Assembly: GCA_051294905.1 (NCBI GenBank)
Contig: CM119372.1
Coordinates: 40,116,001-40,180,000, forward strand
DNA from: Botryllus schlosseri
Lineage: Eukaryota
Length of the DNA stretch: 64,000 bases
Reading direction: 5' to 3'
Shown: positions 1 through 13,250 of the stretch, one piece after another
Layout of the letters: each line of letters starts with the position of its first letter
Position numbering within the stretch: position 1 is the first letter of the stretch
Made by a program: the position numbers and the translations under genes
The notes under the pieces: generated by a model
What the model saw: the letters and a program-made list of their open reading frames with translations, nothing else
Database searches by the model: none
What the model was told of the DNA's origin: nothing

Positions 1-384
1 AGCCAATTTGTTGCACATCTGAACAGAATATTCTTAAATATCTTCATTTTCTTTTTGTATAACAATTTTCGGTGGCTTGTGCGAATGAAATTTATTTTCT
101 AAAAAGAGTGCGAATGAAGCTCAAAAAGGTTGAAAAGCACTGCACTACACAATTCGATAAGGTGCTGTAAGTACGGTTGGACAAAATCTAGTATCATACC
201 GCTCGTGATTCGTTTCAGAGTATCATGGTTCGAGTCCGGTATCACTTGTTATAACTGCATTACAGTATGACGCGGATAGCTAAAATATGTACATTTTATG
301 CGACCAAAATGAGAATAATGCATGTTATTGTTACGTCATACAGACAAAATAGTACCTTCATTTCTAATTTGATTCTCCCTGTTA

Positions 385-431
385 CTGACGTTCGCTACTG
401 ATGAGAGTCAGTCGAAAAGCTTGTAGCGAAT
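385..431 (+). ncRNA. Type I minimal hammerhead ribozyme candidate (Penelope-like), probably inactivated
   Basis: Stem I TTCGCTA(391-397)/TAGCGAA(424-430), core CTGATGA 398-404, stem II GA/TC with loop GTCAG, GAAA 414-417, palindromic stem III AAGCTT. The loop is complementary to upstream CTGAC (385-389). The cleavage-site base is G423, which is non-canonical. Confidence 0.6.
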
Positions 432-3400
432 AAATTAAAGACATGAAGTATTGTTTCGCGTTACTCTGAAGTTCAGTACCCTAAATGGCTTGTTAAAATG
501 TCTGTGTTGCACCGCAAAAAGCAGATTTGGCATTTTTCAACCATACCTATTCCGTTACACTTTCTGACAATGCTGCGAATTCATCATGATATCACAGATA
601 TCTCATTTTCAAATACGTGTGTTCTGCGTGGCTTTGTAGAACATGTTTCGTATGCTGCGATACGACCAATCAAGATTACTAGGCTCCGTAATGGAAAATA
701 CTTTCGAAAATATAATTCTAGTTGATAATTTAACTGGTTTTGGAGAGGGACGAATCATCTGGGACTTAACAATATCGTCTCTCACCACTCTACCCGAATC
801 ATCGCGATTCGTACTTGATTTGGATTCGAGTACTACTCATTGTGCCCAGCCTTAAAACACAACCCATTTAAAACAAGCCATTCGGGATGTTGAACTTTAC
901 AATCACATCAAACTCTACAATTCCACAACAAGAAGTTAACGTACGATGCAGGTATCAGCATGAGCAGGGTGCGACACAATTGGTGATTATCCAGTATCTT
1001 GTGCTACTAAAGCATTGTAAGGACAGGAAACGCCCATTTAAGCACAACTGAATTTCACTCGCGGATAAACCAGCAGACTCATCCGTGGGCGGCTTGCTAT
1101 TCGAAAGGTCGCGCTTCTCGAAGGCCGCTGCTGAATTTCTAAAATGGGCTGCCTGGGAATTCACAAATGTCTCAACTCGTTAGAGTTTGAAAGGCGGAAA
1201 GAGTAGAATCACCGCATGAATCTTGTTGCGACTCATGGCCTACCGAACCGTTTCCCACACGCCAGATTTACGACGGCCTGTCGGAAGTCAATATGTCATC
1301 GGGCGCTGAAATCCATTGTGATTTCTACGCTCGATAGCGTCCCGTTATATCGCGAGGTCTGACCGTGTTTCGATGAAGTTGCCGTTGATAACGAGGCGAA
1401 AATACGTTACCGATGCTACCGTCAATAACTTGGTTCACGGTACATAAATCGAATCCGTTTCGGGAATACATTTATGATAACTATGACTGGACACAATGAT
1501 GCGAGCACTCTGAATCTGAATCGAGTATTCATTCTGATGTTTTGAGTCGTGCAGTGAGACTCTGCAGATTCGTTCGAGCTCTGAAATGATACGAACCTTG
1601 CCAATGAGAGTTGTATTATTTACAACGATAAATCATAGTTTCGATACTATTTTACTCTATGGAAGCCTTGTAAACTGAATTGAGGGTATGGCCGTATACG
1701 TAACGCGTAGTACGAAGGTTCGCACGTTAGAGGAAATGACATATCTTTGATAATCGTGATCACAGCATGGTCACGAACAGCAATGAAATAGGTATGGTCG
1801 AGAAAGTGACAAATTATCTTTCATGTGATGTAAAACTGGCATTGTGATCATTGTTGTCACAAAAAAGTACACATTTGAACTTTTCACATCATTTAGATTG
1901 TTGTCATAATGAGCGATACTCGACTCAGAATCGAATCACTCAAGTGATCACTCAGATTTTGCCCCAACGATAACTCGATGACTTTACGGGTGCATTTTAT
2001 CAAGAGTTAACGGCAGACTAAAGTCACACTTCGTGTTATCATACATGTATTCCTGCAGTGACTGTTGTGATCAAAGCAATGTTACTGGAATCGACAAAGC
2101 TGTCACTTGTCAATAGAACGAATGTCTTTGTGCTTGTAACACGCTATTAAGTTACCTACGCCGTGCGGTCGCACACTTTTGACTGGAAATGACGGCTAGC
2201 GGTTCGTTGTTACGCCGTACCGAACGCTACGATTTCACAGGGAGCTTTTTTAATTCGCCAAATCGCAATCTGATGATGTAATTTGCGCGCGTGGCCAGAT
2301 TGCGATCTTAATTGGGATGTAACGCATCGGAGACGGCTGCGACATAAAGCCAAGTTTATCTTCGCCAGTAATCGGCCTTTGAACGAGCCGATGAACTTTG
2401 AAAACGTTTTTGAGATGATGTTTGACACTGATTTGTATCAGAAAAATGCTCCGGTCGTTTCTTACGGACTAGCGGCAGTGCGGGGTGTTTGATGAGCGAT
2501 TATGGAGATCTTTTAACTATCATAACTAGAGCCGGGTAAAATCGAGTATCTGACTGATTCGGTTCTGAGTCGAGTATTGGGATTCGAGTCCACTATTCGA
2601 GCAGCACTAATTATGACGCCACCACAGTATGAAATATGTGGAAAGTTTAAACATAGACCTTTTATGCTACCACAAGGAATAAAATGCCAGTTATACATAA
2701 TATGAAAAATGACTTTGTATTTTTTCGACCATGCCTATTTAATTACGCTTTGTGGCAGTACTGTGAGTTGATCATAACTTGAACACATAACTGAACACAA
2801 CTATGTCATTTCCACTAACGTGAGTAGCATTTTACTGCATGTTTCGTATGCTGCGACACGACCAATCAAGGTTTACAGCATTCCACAGTGAAAAATATGA
2901 TTGAAACTTTGATTCTAGTTCAGTGGTTCCTAACCGTCCGCGGTTGAGAACCACTGGGGTCCGCGAAGCATTTTTAGGGGGTCCTCGAAACCTCCAAAAT
3001 TGAAAATGATTGATAACGTAATTTGTAATTTTCTAAATTTGGAAAATCACGATGCAGTTTCGCTTCATAACTGCTAAAACTTCAAGACTCGCATCGTCAG
3101 AATGACCTTCTGAGATCAATCATTGATTGATGCCCACTGACCCGGCACCATTATTGCGGGTGAAACGTTTATGTTAACTTGATTCGAGACTTCGATATGC
3201 AACACTGTAGTAGTCTGTGTAGTTCCGCCGTCCCCTGACTTTTACCAGTCTGGCGTAAACCATAAGGACATAACAATACGCATATATACGCGATAGAATG
3301 CATCCCTAAAATTTTCTACCAAAATGGCGAAACGCGTGTCTCTGTTGTGCAATCATTAAAGAGCCTCTACCAAAGGCTGAAAGAGCCGCAGTTTGCCCAC

Positions 3401-3690
3401 CTCTGGACTAGACTGTACAGTGTACGCAAAAGGTTCGTTAAAATATCTTCCCCCATTTTGGGGCCACATATGTTGCGTCTTCGGATGGGTTACGCGTTAT
3501 TATTACATTCGCCTTCACCTATCTTTGTGGAAATGGATATTCGGCACTCGTTCACATCAAATCGAAGGCTCGTATTTTCAAGGCACAACCTTATATTTCA
3601 AGAAATGTAGCTGCAGAATTCGCTTTGAAATAATAAAATAGGCGTAATTTCTACTGACAGTATGATATTATTTACAAAAAAGGTCATCAT

Positions 3691-4692
3691 TAGGGCCATT
3701 TTTATATAACCTTAAGAAATCAATCATATGACTTTATTTTCGGGAAAATATGACTTTATATGACTTTATGCGAAAATCGTGTATTTTTACATGTAACCAA
3801 CGTCACTCATGGAACTGACGAGTAAGACATGAACAACATAACAGTAATACACATCCATTTTTATTTTAAACCACTTTTGTAGTGCAGTTTCATGTAGTGT
3901 GGAATTTGGAGTCTTTAAAGTTACGATTTGGACGTAAAAATGACTTTAGTAAGGAAACTGAGCGCTCCACAGACGCTGATGTTGGTTGACACTTCTGCAG
4001 TTTTGCATACAGCTCTGGTGAAATGTCTTGTCTTTGTAGCTCAATAATTGGTTTCACATCGTTTTTGTCCAATCGCTTCTTAATGTAATTTTTGAGCTCA
4101 AGCGGATCTTTTCCGAAATCGAGGGCATTTAGATCAGCATGAGCCTCTTTGATAGGGCACGTACAACTTTGTCATTTTCAGTATCAAGTTTGAAATATTG
4201 TTGTAGTGGAGGCATATTTCTGTTAACTGACTCGTCAACTTTGGATCGTTCACTGAATCTTTGACGCTCTTTACAATAACTCCTTCAGCTTCCCATGCGT
4301 TGACTAAGTCTCTGAACTTCAAATGACGTTTCACTTCAGTGCACAGAAGTAAAACAGATTGTGTAGCAACACAATGCAATGTGTGACCTCATAGGTCTGC
4401 GACTGTAATGTTATGTAGGCTAACCTTACAGTTTGTCTTCGTTTAATCAGAAATTGCCTTACTTTCTTAGTGCGTAATTGCTTCAATTGGCACTTTTTAT
4501 TTAAAGTATACAACAATATGACTTTATAACTCAAATATGACCTAACCAGGAAAATATGACTTTATATGACTTTATAACTTTCTTAATATACCCCATATGG
4601 ATGCGGTTTTTGCGTTAAAATTGATTTCACGACTTAATGATGCATAGAAAAAAATATGACTTTAATGACTTTAATGACTTTAAATGGCCCTA
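3691..4692 (-). mobile_element. Internally deleted hAT transposon with transposase C-terminal remnant
   Basis: TIR TAGGGCCATTT/AAATGGCCCTA; TSD GTCATCAT at 3683-3690 and 4693-4700; ATATGACTTT subterminal repeats; minus-strand peptide LQKCQPTSASVERSVSLLKSFLRPNRNF matches the hAT dimerisation motif. Confidence 0.9.
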
Positions 4693-4794
4693 GTCATCAT
4701 ACTGTTGTTTATCACTAACATGCAGTTCCTATTTGGACAAAAGAGATGACGGTTGCACGATAATTTAGCTTACTTGGAATTAAAACCTTAGGGG

Positions 4795-4987
4795 CAATGT
4801 TCCCTCTAAGCTGCGCACGTGCGCAAATGCGCACTGCTGACACGGTCTCTGCGCACAGAAAATATAAGTTGCGCACAAGAAATCCGCAGTGATAACCTTT
4901 TTTTAGTCGTTACGCGCTGTATTCCAAGGGTCTGCGCAGTGAGCTGGTGAGTGCGCGCAGACTCGGCAAAAATTAGAGGGAATATTG
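4795..4987. mobile_element. hAT-type MITE
   Basis: TIR CAATGTTCCCTCTAA/TTAGAGGGAATATTG; TSD CTTAGGGG on both sides. Confidence 0.85.
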
Positions 4988-5390
4988 CTTAGGGGTCCGC
5001 AGGGTCCGTGACTGCCCAAAAGGGGCCCGCATCGACGGAAAGGTTGAGAGCCACTGTTCTAGTTATCAAATGAACTCTTAGTGGCAGGGAGCGCATATCA
5101 TGTCAGTAGTCGAAAGAATCATCTTTCACTACACCCGGTTCGAATCATTCGAGTAATACTCGATTCATTGTTTATAGCCCTGGTAGTAATAGATTATTTT
5201 TCTAGTAATGAAATGACACGATCCTTTCCACCAAGAAGTATAGTATCAACAAGATTCGATTTAGATTCTAGTGTGGATTGTAACGATTCGAGTCGCGTTG
5301 TTAAAAACGGAATTCTTTCGAGTACCAATATGTCTCGATGCCTCTTTTCCTTCACGTTGCGTGACAATTGTTATACTTTCTCATTTTCAG

Positions 5391-5566
5391 GGATTCACCA
5401 GCACCGCCATGATCACTACATGCCTCACGGACCCCATTCCCCGTACCCACCCTACGGGCAAGCGAGCCATCACCCCCACCCGCACCAAAACAAGGATATG
5501 GTCAAGCCGCCCTACTCCTACATCGCGCTCATAGCGATGGCCATCAACGACGCCACAGACAAAAAG
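5391..5566 (+). CDS. FoxC: Forkhead box C transcription factor, first visible exon (an upstream exon may exist; in-exon ATG at 5420)
   Basis: Acceptor TTTTCAG ends at 5390. Encodes MPHGPHSPYPPYGQASHHPHPHQNKDMVKPPYSYIALIAMAINDATDKK, with KDMVKPPYSY characteristic of FoxC. GT donor at 5567, phase 0. Confidence 0.92.
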
Positions 5567-6789
5567 GTTCGCCGCATTTTTACGTAATAATAAGCAATCA
5601 GACGCGTACAGACTATTGCGTTTTCATAACTCGGAACTAGACGTAGAACTAGAACTAACAACCTTTAAAAATTCGCAACTGATTAACTTAAACAGAACTA
5701 ATTAGACTCAATTCCGAAGCAACTGATTCATTTTTATTTTATCGGAATCCTAGCGACATTCCACATGAACATCAGTACAAGTTTGAAATGGGAGGGGTTT
5801 CCACCCCGAAAACCCAGCCCTATGGTTACACATTGTTAGTAGTGATGATTCTGAGCCGGCAGTGAATGCAAGAACATCGCGCAACAGAACACCGGTATCA
5901 CGATTCACGCCAAACGATGACACATCCGCTCATAGACACAATATTCCACTTTCGTTTAGTTCGCTATTTCAAAGTCCTTACACGGTACAATCACTGTTAG
6001 ACTTTGTTATATTGTCCACTAGGGACTTATAGTTGTATTAATGAACAGGCATGGTGTAAAAGGCCTCAGTTTACCGAGAAGCACCCCCTCCCTCCAATAC
6101 ATACGTACATGACACATGCTTTTTGGTAGTGGAGCAACTAAATAATTTGTGAAATCCGCAATTAGGTCTGGAACTAGAACTACTCTATTTCCAAAATTTT
6201 CAACTAAAGCTAGACCGTATCAAAAAGTTAGTAGGTAGTTGACCGTCAACTAAATATATTGCTGGTTTGTACAAGGCTGTAAACAATGGAAGTAGCAGAA
6301 TAGCAAGGAGTAATGATTCCGGGAGTAAAATTGTCAGTGGATTCTAAGCAGTCGGTGTTGCTACGCTATATAATTCTGAGTTAGGTTCTGTTACCGTGTA
6401 CCATCTTTAGGGACTGAATACACTGACTATTTTCGCTAAGAGTGAAGTGTCGCAATTAATCTGACGAATTTCAACATCAATCTTCACAGCCAACGCAAAC
6501 GACAATAGAAATGTGTGAAATAATCTAGCAAATCTATAGTCAGTTATCATGATACAGGAACTTTCTCAGACGGTTGTTATGACAATTTCACTCATAAGAC
6601 TAATCAAAAAGCTAATTTCTACTTTTCAAAATCCGAATTACCAAATGTAATGTGGTATAGAAGTAGAAGTAATTGAAAACATAACCTCTTGAGAATGTAG
6701 TGTAAGTAGGCTTTTAGTATTCGGGAGAAGTAGAAGTACATCTTTACTGACCACCTCTGGAATTGGCCATACACGTCGAAGCACTATGA

Positions 6790-6969
<180 letters not shown>

Positions 6970-7244
6970 TAAATGCGTAGCATTTTTAAACACCAGTCAC
7001 CTGTCTGGAATAGCCGGCATCGCAATTATAACATTCGAGTAGTTTTATAGTAGTATTATGTGCAACACATTTAGAAAAAGCTCGCGCGTCATTTGAGCTT
7101 TTGACTTTATCACCCAAAACTAACCTAAATCCTAGCCGCAATATAATGCCTTTGTAATCCTAACGCTGAACGACCCATTGACATAATCCAAACCAACTCT
7201 AACCTTAACTCATATGCTAACATGGCCGATGCCCAAAGCTTATT

Positions 7245-7770
7245 TAATTTTAGCAAAAAGGGTGCGTTTTCACTCCCAAAAAGTGGTACACGAACACAGA
7301 ACCTAAATCTGAATGATACCGCGGTTACAAATCCTATGTTCCTACGTACATGCATAATGTAGATTAAAATGTTGCGTTTTATTTATACCGTGGTGTAAAT
7401 CTGATGTAGGTTCGGATTTCGTGTACCACGGATATATTTTCACACCGTATATCACGGGTGGTAAACAGGTGTGAATACACACTCTTTCTAAGAGTGTATT
7501 AGATTTCACTATAGCGTGGGGTGAAATAGAGTAAACGACATTTTATGGTACGAACTTGTGCTTTCACACCATTCCAATGGGCGAAAATGAGTCAAAAATA
7601 TCAATCCTTTTGTAGATATATCACAGGGATTTGTATATGACCCCCTGTTATGGATTTATCGGGGTGGTACACGTAAACTAAACCCACTACACCACTAGGA
7701 TATATCTCCATATCAATTGTTGTATTGACTCATTTTCACTTATTGGGAAAGTGTGCGTACCCTAGAATAA
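7245..7770. mobile_element. Remnant of a CACT-terminated (EnSpm/CACTA-like) non-autonomous element in a FoxC intron
   Basis: CTCTTTCTAAGAGTG|TA at about 7496 and the reverse complement of about 7250-7310 resemble the right end of the 40197-50709 element; CACACC/GGGGTG subterminal motifs. Confidence 0.55.
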
Positions 7771-7939
7771 CTGTTTTGGGCTACAGTCGCCAATATCTCA
7801 TTCATGTGTAGATCACGAATAAAGCTTGGTATAGTCTAAATAAATTCTACTGATTATGATGAGTCACGGCTGAACGACCCAAAACCAAAGCATAGCCAAC
7901 TAGTTATATGCCGATGCCTGAACGAATATTTGCCGGCAG

Positions 7940-8057
7940 GGACGACCGCAAACCTGGCAAAGGAAGCTTCTGGACCCTGGACCCCGATTCCTACAACATG
8001 TTCGAAAACGGGAGCTACCTCAGACGAAGAAAGCGATTCAAGAAAGAGAAAAAAGAG
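7940..8057 (+). CDS. FoxC: FoxC exon (forkhead wings and basic C-terminal tail)
   Basis: CAG acceptor ends at 7939; (R)[39 protein letters not shown]; donor GTGAGA at 8058. Phase is compatible with the previous exon. Confidence 0.95.
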
Positions 8058-8692
8058 GTGAGATTATATTAACGGTTGGTAGGATATGCACTTTTTTATC
8101 ACCTGAAACATAATAATGCCAGTTCTGCCCCACATAAAGATGTTTTAGTATTTTTCGGACTGTACTTATCTCATTGCATTTTGTGATGATGCTGCGGGTT
8201 GAGCGTGTCATGTCATTTCCACTGACGTGCGTAGTCGGACAACTACAAAAGTTTCAGCCTGTTCGATTTTGGTTAGAATTGGAATCACTGAATTCGCAAA
8301 ACCTTGGAAATTGAACTCAATTTCGAATTGTAAAGAGATAAAACAAAAATCAAGTTCAGTGCATATCAAATCAGAGTTATTTCTCAGAATCATGAAAAAA
8401 GCAAATATCTCTACATCAAGCTGGCCTCGTCTCGCACTACACAGTTATTCTGTAGCATTTTCAGGAAAATCAGAAATTAGATTACAATTAGGATTAGAGC
8501 ATAGAAACATTTCACAAACTAAATAATAATTAAATTACTAGCATTTCGCTCTAATTACAGAACTTCATCGAGTTATGTGGTTGCACAAGTCGGCTTGATG
8601 GTGCATGCTTTGGATGGCGTTTTTTTAGCAATCCAGGTTTATGGGCTACTAAAGTGTAAAATAGTATCTAAACCATAATTGTGGTTGATAAG

Positions 8693-9460
8693 TAGGGCAG
8701 TTTTTTTTACCTAAAAAACGGAAGATTTTGACCTCAAAAATCAAAATTTTGACTATAAAATACGTAATTTTGACCAAATGTTGACCTAACGCATGCAAGT
8801 TCGGTGTTTCTTACATAATGTTAGAATTGTACTACTTATCTTCATTTCAGGTTGGAACTGTCTGTCCTTACGAAGTAGTTTGGCCTGAAAAAACTTTTTT
8901 GACTCAAAAACTGACAGATTTTTACCTGAAAAAAAATTATTTTGACGAAATCTGGCCCTATGAAGAATTCTAGTAGTTACATCACGTATTATGGTGGGAA
9001 AAATTAAAATTTGTTGTAGTACAACGAAAGATACTTTCCTACATTCTCAGTGAGAAAGTGTCTGTCCTTACTAAGTAGCTAAGCACTTGTTGGCTGACAA
9101 CACTGAAGTTGTGCGTACACTGCTGGCGACAAACCGTGTTGCTTCTTTCTGACAATGGTTTCTACATCACAATTTTTCATCATGCTTTTCTTGATATAAG
9201 AACTATTCAATGCCCACGCAGTCTTGCTTGAGTTAGGATATTGCGGTAATACGTTGAGCATAACACTATCGAATGTTAACATTCGATAATAACACCACGT
9301 TAACCTATTTGTTTATGATTCACAATGAGCAGACAAGGGGCTGTCGACAAAGGTAGGCCTATAAAGTAGGCTACAAGCTGTAAAATGATGAGTTCACCGA
9401 CAGTGCAAAATCTACGATACAAACGAAATGCAAGTAGCAAAAATTTTTTTAAACTCAAGT
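8693..9460 (-). mobile_element. Truncated hAT derivative, same family as 46238-47114
   Basis: Starts TAGGGCAGTTTTTTTTACC and is colinear with 46238-46990; peptide AQLQCCQPTSA on the minus strand. Confidence 0.8.
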
Positions 9461-9672
9461 CAGGTCTTAGTAACAAGGAGCGTATTATTTCATTTCACTA
9501 CTCACAGAAATCATTTCTCCCTGCTCAACTCGAATCATTGTTACTAGCCTTATTAATATATCTATCCATCTATCTTAAACCGATAGCGAATAATTATATA
9601 TATATATATAAAGGAAAATGTAAAGCAATATGAGCTATATACAATATAATAATATATAGATCAAAACTTCAG

Positions 9673-10359
9673 AAACGCGACAACACGGAAGATTTCGAAT
9701 TCACCAAAGATCCACAAAATTCCTCGAAAGAATCGTCTGAAATCGCGAACGAAGAAATTAGTCCCGAAAACAAAGCCGAGGATTTGCGAATGCGCCACAA
9801 CTCTGAGGAAAACCCGGATCCGGATCCAATTCCGCGCCATGAAGCTTTACCGGACACGGCGGTGCACGCGGCGAAGTACGCGGAAAATTCGCGCATGACG
9901 CGGTCACCTGCGTCCGACTCGTCTAATCATTGCGACGCGACGGGGGCGTCGTCCGAGATCGGGCGAGAGCGGGAAAACGTTTTTTCGGAGCAAACCGCAA
10001 ACCAAGACGAAGGGAGAGGTTTAATTTGCCGAAACCCTGATGTATTACCCCAAATCGCGACCCCGCCCCCAACCGCTGTCTCTACTAGCAACGGACTGTG
10101 TTGGTTTTCAGATGGCAGTTACGGAATCAACACCCCAGTTTCTTACCACCAAACGCAACCCCCTATATACCCATCCCATGAATTCTACCCCCCGAATCAA
10201 ACGTCGGTGCTTCAATCAGTTCACGAAGACGAAATCGCAATAGCGACGCACGGATATCAACTGCGATATTCCACCCCAGCGCCTCAGACCTACTACCACC
10301 AATACCAGACCATGCACAGGCACGGGAAATACTCGCCCTTCGAGTATCCCAAGTATTGA
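9673..10359 (+). CDS. FoxC: FoxC terminal coding exon
   Basis: Acceptor CTTCAG ends at 9672. Phase-0 open frame continues into ORF 9784-10359 and ends YSPFEYPKY*, reminiscent of the FoxC C-terminal YDC(S/T)K(F/Y). Confidence 0.8.
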   Translation, partial: KRDNTEDFEFTKDPQNSSKESSEIANEEISPENKAEDLRMRHNSEENPDPDPIPRHEALPDTAVHAAKYAENSRMTRSPASDSSNHCDATGASSEIGRERENVFSEQTANQDEGRGLICRNPDVLPQIATPPPTAVSTSNGLCWFSDGSYGINTPVSYHQTQPPIYPSHEFYPPNQTSVLQSVHEDEIAIATHGYQLRYSTPAPQTYYHQYQTMHRHGKYSPFEYPKY

Positions 10360-11672
10360 TGCGCAATTTCTACCATTGTGACGTCGGCGTGTGAAAATGG
10401 CGACCTTCCAGCCTAGCGACATCTATATCTTAGAATCCTAGAAGTGACAAAAATGGAAGGCTAAAAATTTCAATATCAGCATGACTTTCGAAATCAAGTG
10501 ATCAATTAGAGGCCCATTATCATTGGTTCGTTGATCATATCGACTCGATATCACACTTGGAAGGAAATATCGGTGTCGGCCTTAAGAGGTAAATATTATC
10601 GGTTAGTTCGCGACGTCCAGCATGGTGTTATGGAGTCTGAACTGCTACACTGGGAATATTGAGCTTTTTGTTATAGCTTACACACGTCCAGATGCAACCT
10701 TTCTAGTTTCAAGCTTCAAGAATATAAATGGCAGTAAAGCTTTTCAAATCAATGCTATGAAGTTTTTGAAATGTGCCTCAAACTAGATGCTATATCTTTT
10801 GAATATCGAATAGGTCGGTTTTTATCGGTATAGGCTCAAAAATCTGATATCGGGGGCCTCTAGCCACAATGTCTCTAACCAAAACAGTGTTTATTTCCGC
10901 GTTTGATAGAATTCACACCTAACGTTTATGTGCGTTACACAGTGAAAGTCAACGAATTTGTAAAATCAATTTGCACATTCTGTTCTACATATGCGTTGTT
11001 TTCATGCCCGAATTATTTGATGATATTTGATTATCTGTGAATTTTCATGAGAGGTTTAGCGTCGTCGTGCGGAAATATTTGAATCAGAATCCCTTTCAAG
11101 ATACGAATGCTGACATTTTCGATGCGGACGTTGAACTGGTTCTTTTTTCCTGATTTATTTTTGTTTATTGGCGTAAAGGTGTTGCGACTTTAGTTCTGGT
11201 TCAGATTGGACCCGAGATGTGATTATGGTGCGTTCACTGTGTCTCCGTCTAAAGGGGTCGATTTTTCATTTCCGAATCAAATCAGACGCGCTCTTAGTCG
11301 TCGGATGCCTCCGTTTTCCCGTAACTTATGCAGTAAATTCATTTTTTTATTTAAATGGCGTTTTTTCTCTTCTGCTCGTAGGCTGTGCTGTTAGAAATAA
11401 AAGGAATTATGACTGAGATGTGCGGCGTTTTGCAATCGGCCAGTGTATTCAGAATCATATCGTCAATTTTGGATTAAGACAGACCATGATTCGACGATGA
11501 CTCATTTCTATTTCGAGGTAATCTATAGATTGTAACGGCCCAGGAAATGCATTTTCAACGATACAAATTGCGAGCATTATTTTCCGATAAAGGCTAAAAT
11601 TTGCAACGACATTTCGTCGCAATGTCTTGTTACCTTTTCATCAAATACTTGAATGGGTGAGTGACTGGCGAT

Positions 11673-12187
11673 GAGGGTTTGGCAAAATCAAATACCTGAT
11701 TGATTCGGTTCTGAATCGAGTATAGGCTTCGAGCCGAGTGTTCGGGTATCACTCATTATGATATCAAGGCAGTGTGAATGAAGTGAAAAGTTCAAATATG
11801 TATCCTTTGTCCGACCACAAGGAATATAATGCAAGTTCTACATCACAATAAAGATGATTTGGTCTTTTCTACCATAACTATGTCATTACACTTTGTGACA
11901 ATGCTGTGACTTGATAACGACTGCACAGATACATCAATTCCACTAACGTGCGTAGCTTTGTACTACATGTTTCGTATATTGTAATACGACCGATCAAAGT
12001 TTTGAGACTTTCATAGGGAGAAATAGCATCGAAACTATCATTTGCGTTGACAAATGGACTCTTAGTAGCAAGGATGGTATCATTTCAGTGTACTCGAAAA
12101 AAATCATCTTTGAATGCTGCTCGACACGAATCAGTGGAATGAATACTCGATTCAGACTCGAGTACTCCTATAATTGCGTCGGCCCTA
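11673..12187. repeat. Old dispersed ~500-bp repeat, probably a hAT-type MITE (representative copy)
   Basis: Core CATGTTTCGTATGCTGCGATACGACC and GAATCGAGT subterminal motifs recur at about 490-850, 1500-1960 (-), 2530-2920 plus 5057-5180, 8080-8240, 22500-23025 (-), 24461-24662 and 51990-52300 (-). Confidence 0.75.
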
Positions 12188-13250
12188 GTGACATCTCAAA
12201 AAAAGATAGCGTCACAAATTTAGAAGGTCGATCGAATTTTTGTTACAGAATGAATCCGGAATTGAATCGTACGCGACGCACAGCCCGGCATGTCGATATC
12301 GTAATTGTAGTGAATGGTGCGATACGATCGCTCTATTACCAACTTCAATGTTTATAATGATGCCCGAGTTTACAAACAGCGATAAAATTATGTCAAATTA
12401 TCTTCGAGAGTAGATGCATCGCGCAGACTGATTATAGCAATTTCGAAATTCGACCGTTTCACGTAGAGAGAACATGTAGCGGAGTTTTGCTGAGAACTCT
12501 ACGATCTACGAACATATCCGAAAATGACCGAGATGGCACCACGAAGACTTGACACATTTTTCTATTTCTAGGGTTCTGGAAATCCAGCGGCATCAGGCTG
12601 GGAATGTACTGCTTTTACGCAAGCTACGGCGTCTATTATTTATTTCTAAAGTGTTAAGTTGGGCTTATTTTGAATATTTTGATCCTTTTTAAAGACGCCA
12701 TAGGATTGCGACACAATGAAGATATACATTTGGGAATGATACAGTTGTGCTCCGACATACTTGATAGAGCGATGTGTTCTTTGTGGTTGTATAACATATG
12801 GAAGTTGGAAAACAAGGGCGCGCGTATATATTGTCTTATACGCGTTTTTAATTCTGAGGTGAAGAGTTACACATTCAAGTTGAAGCCTTCGTTTTCTGGC
12901 TACGTTTCATGACCCATTGAAGAGATTTGATAGTTCAATCAATCTGATCCGCAACTCGATAAACGGCCGTCACTTACGTGACTTCTTATAATTTATCCAT
13001 CAGCGATTTCGGGTTAAGAACCAGAAAGATTCGATTACAATTAAATCCGAACAAAATTTGATACAAAACTATAAACAAAGGACGGGCGCCGGAGTGAAAT
13101 TGTGCACGGACTATTTCTTATATCAGAATTGAGACATCCTACGGATAAGATACAGTTATTTCGGTTCGATGCGAGACCGCAAAATGGGTGGTGACATATT
13201 TTGTGACACGATTGTTGATGTACCATGTTCTTTCCAATTCTTTACTAGTT

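Larger units (their letters stand above)
2921..5056. mobile_element. Non-autonomous hAT (Charlie-like) element containing two younger insertions
   Basis: Termini CAGTGGTTCC...GAGCCACTG; 8-bp TSD TTCTAGTT at 2913-2920 and 5057-5064. Confidence 0.85.

Noticed and set aside
1200..2500. Candidate first exon of FoxC in the unique GC-richer stretches
   Set aside because: No FoxC-like peptide or convincing phase-1 donor found; may be regulatory but unsupported.
5081..5390. N-terminal part of ORF 5081-5587 as FoxC coding sequence
   Set aside because: It starts at GTG within repeat-derived sequence and precedes a strong splice acceptor at 5390; intronic.
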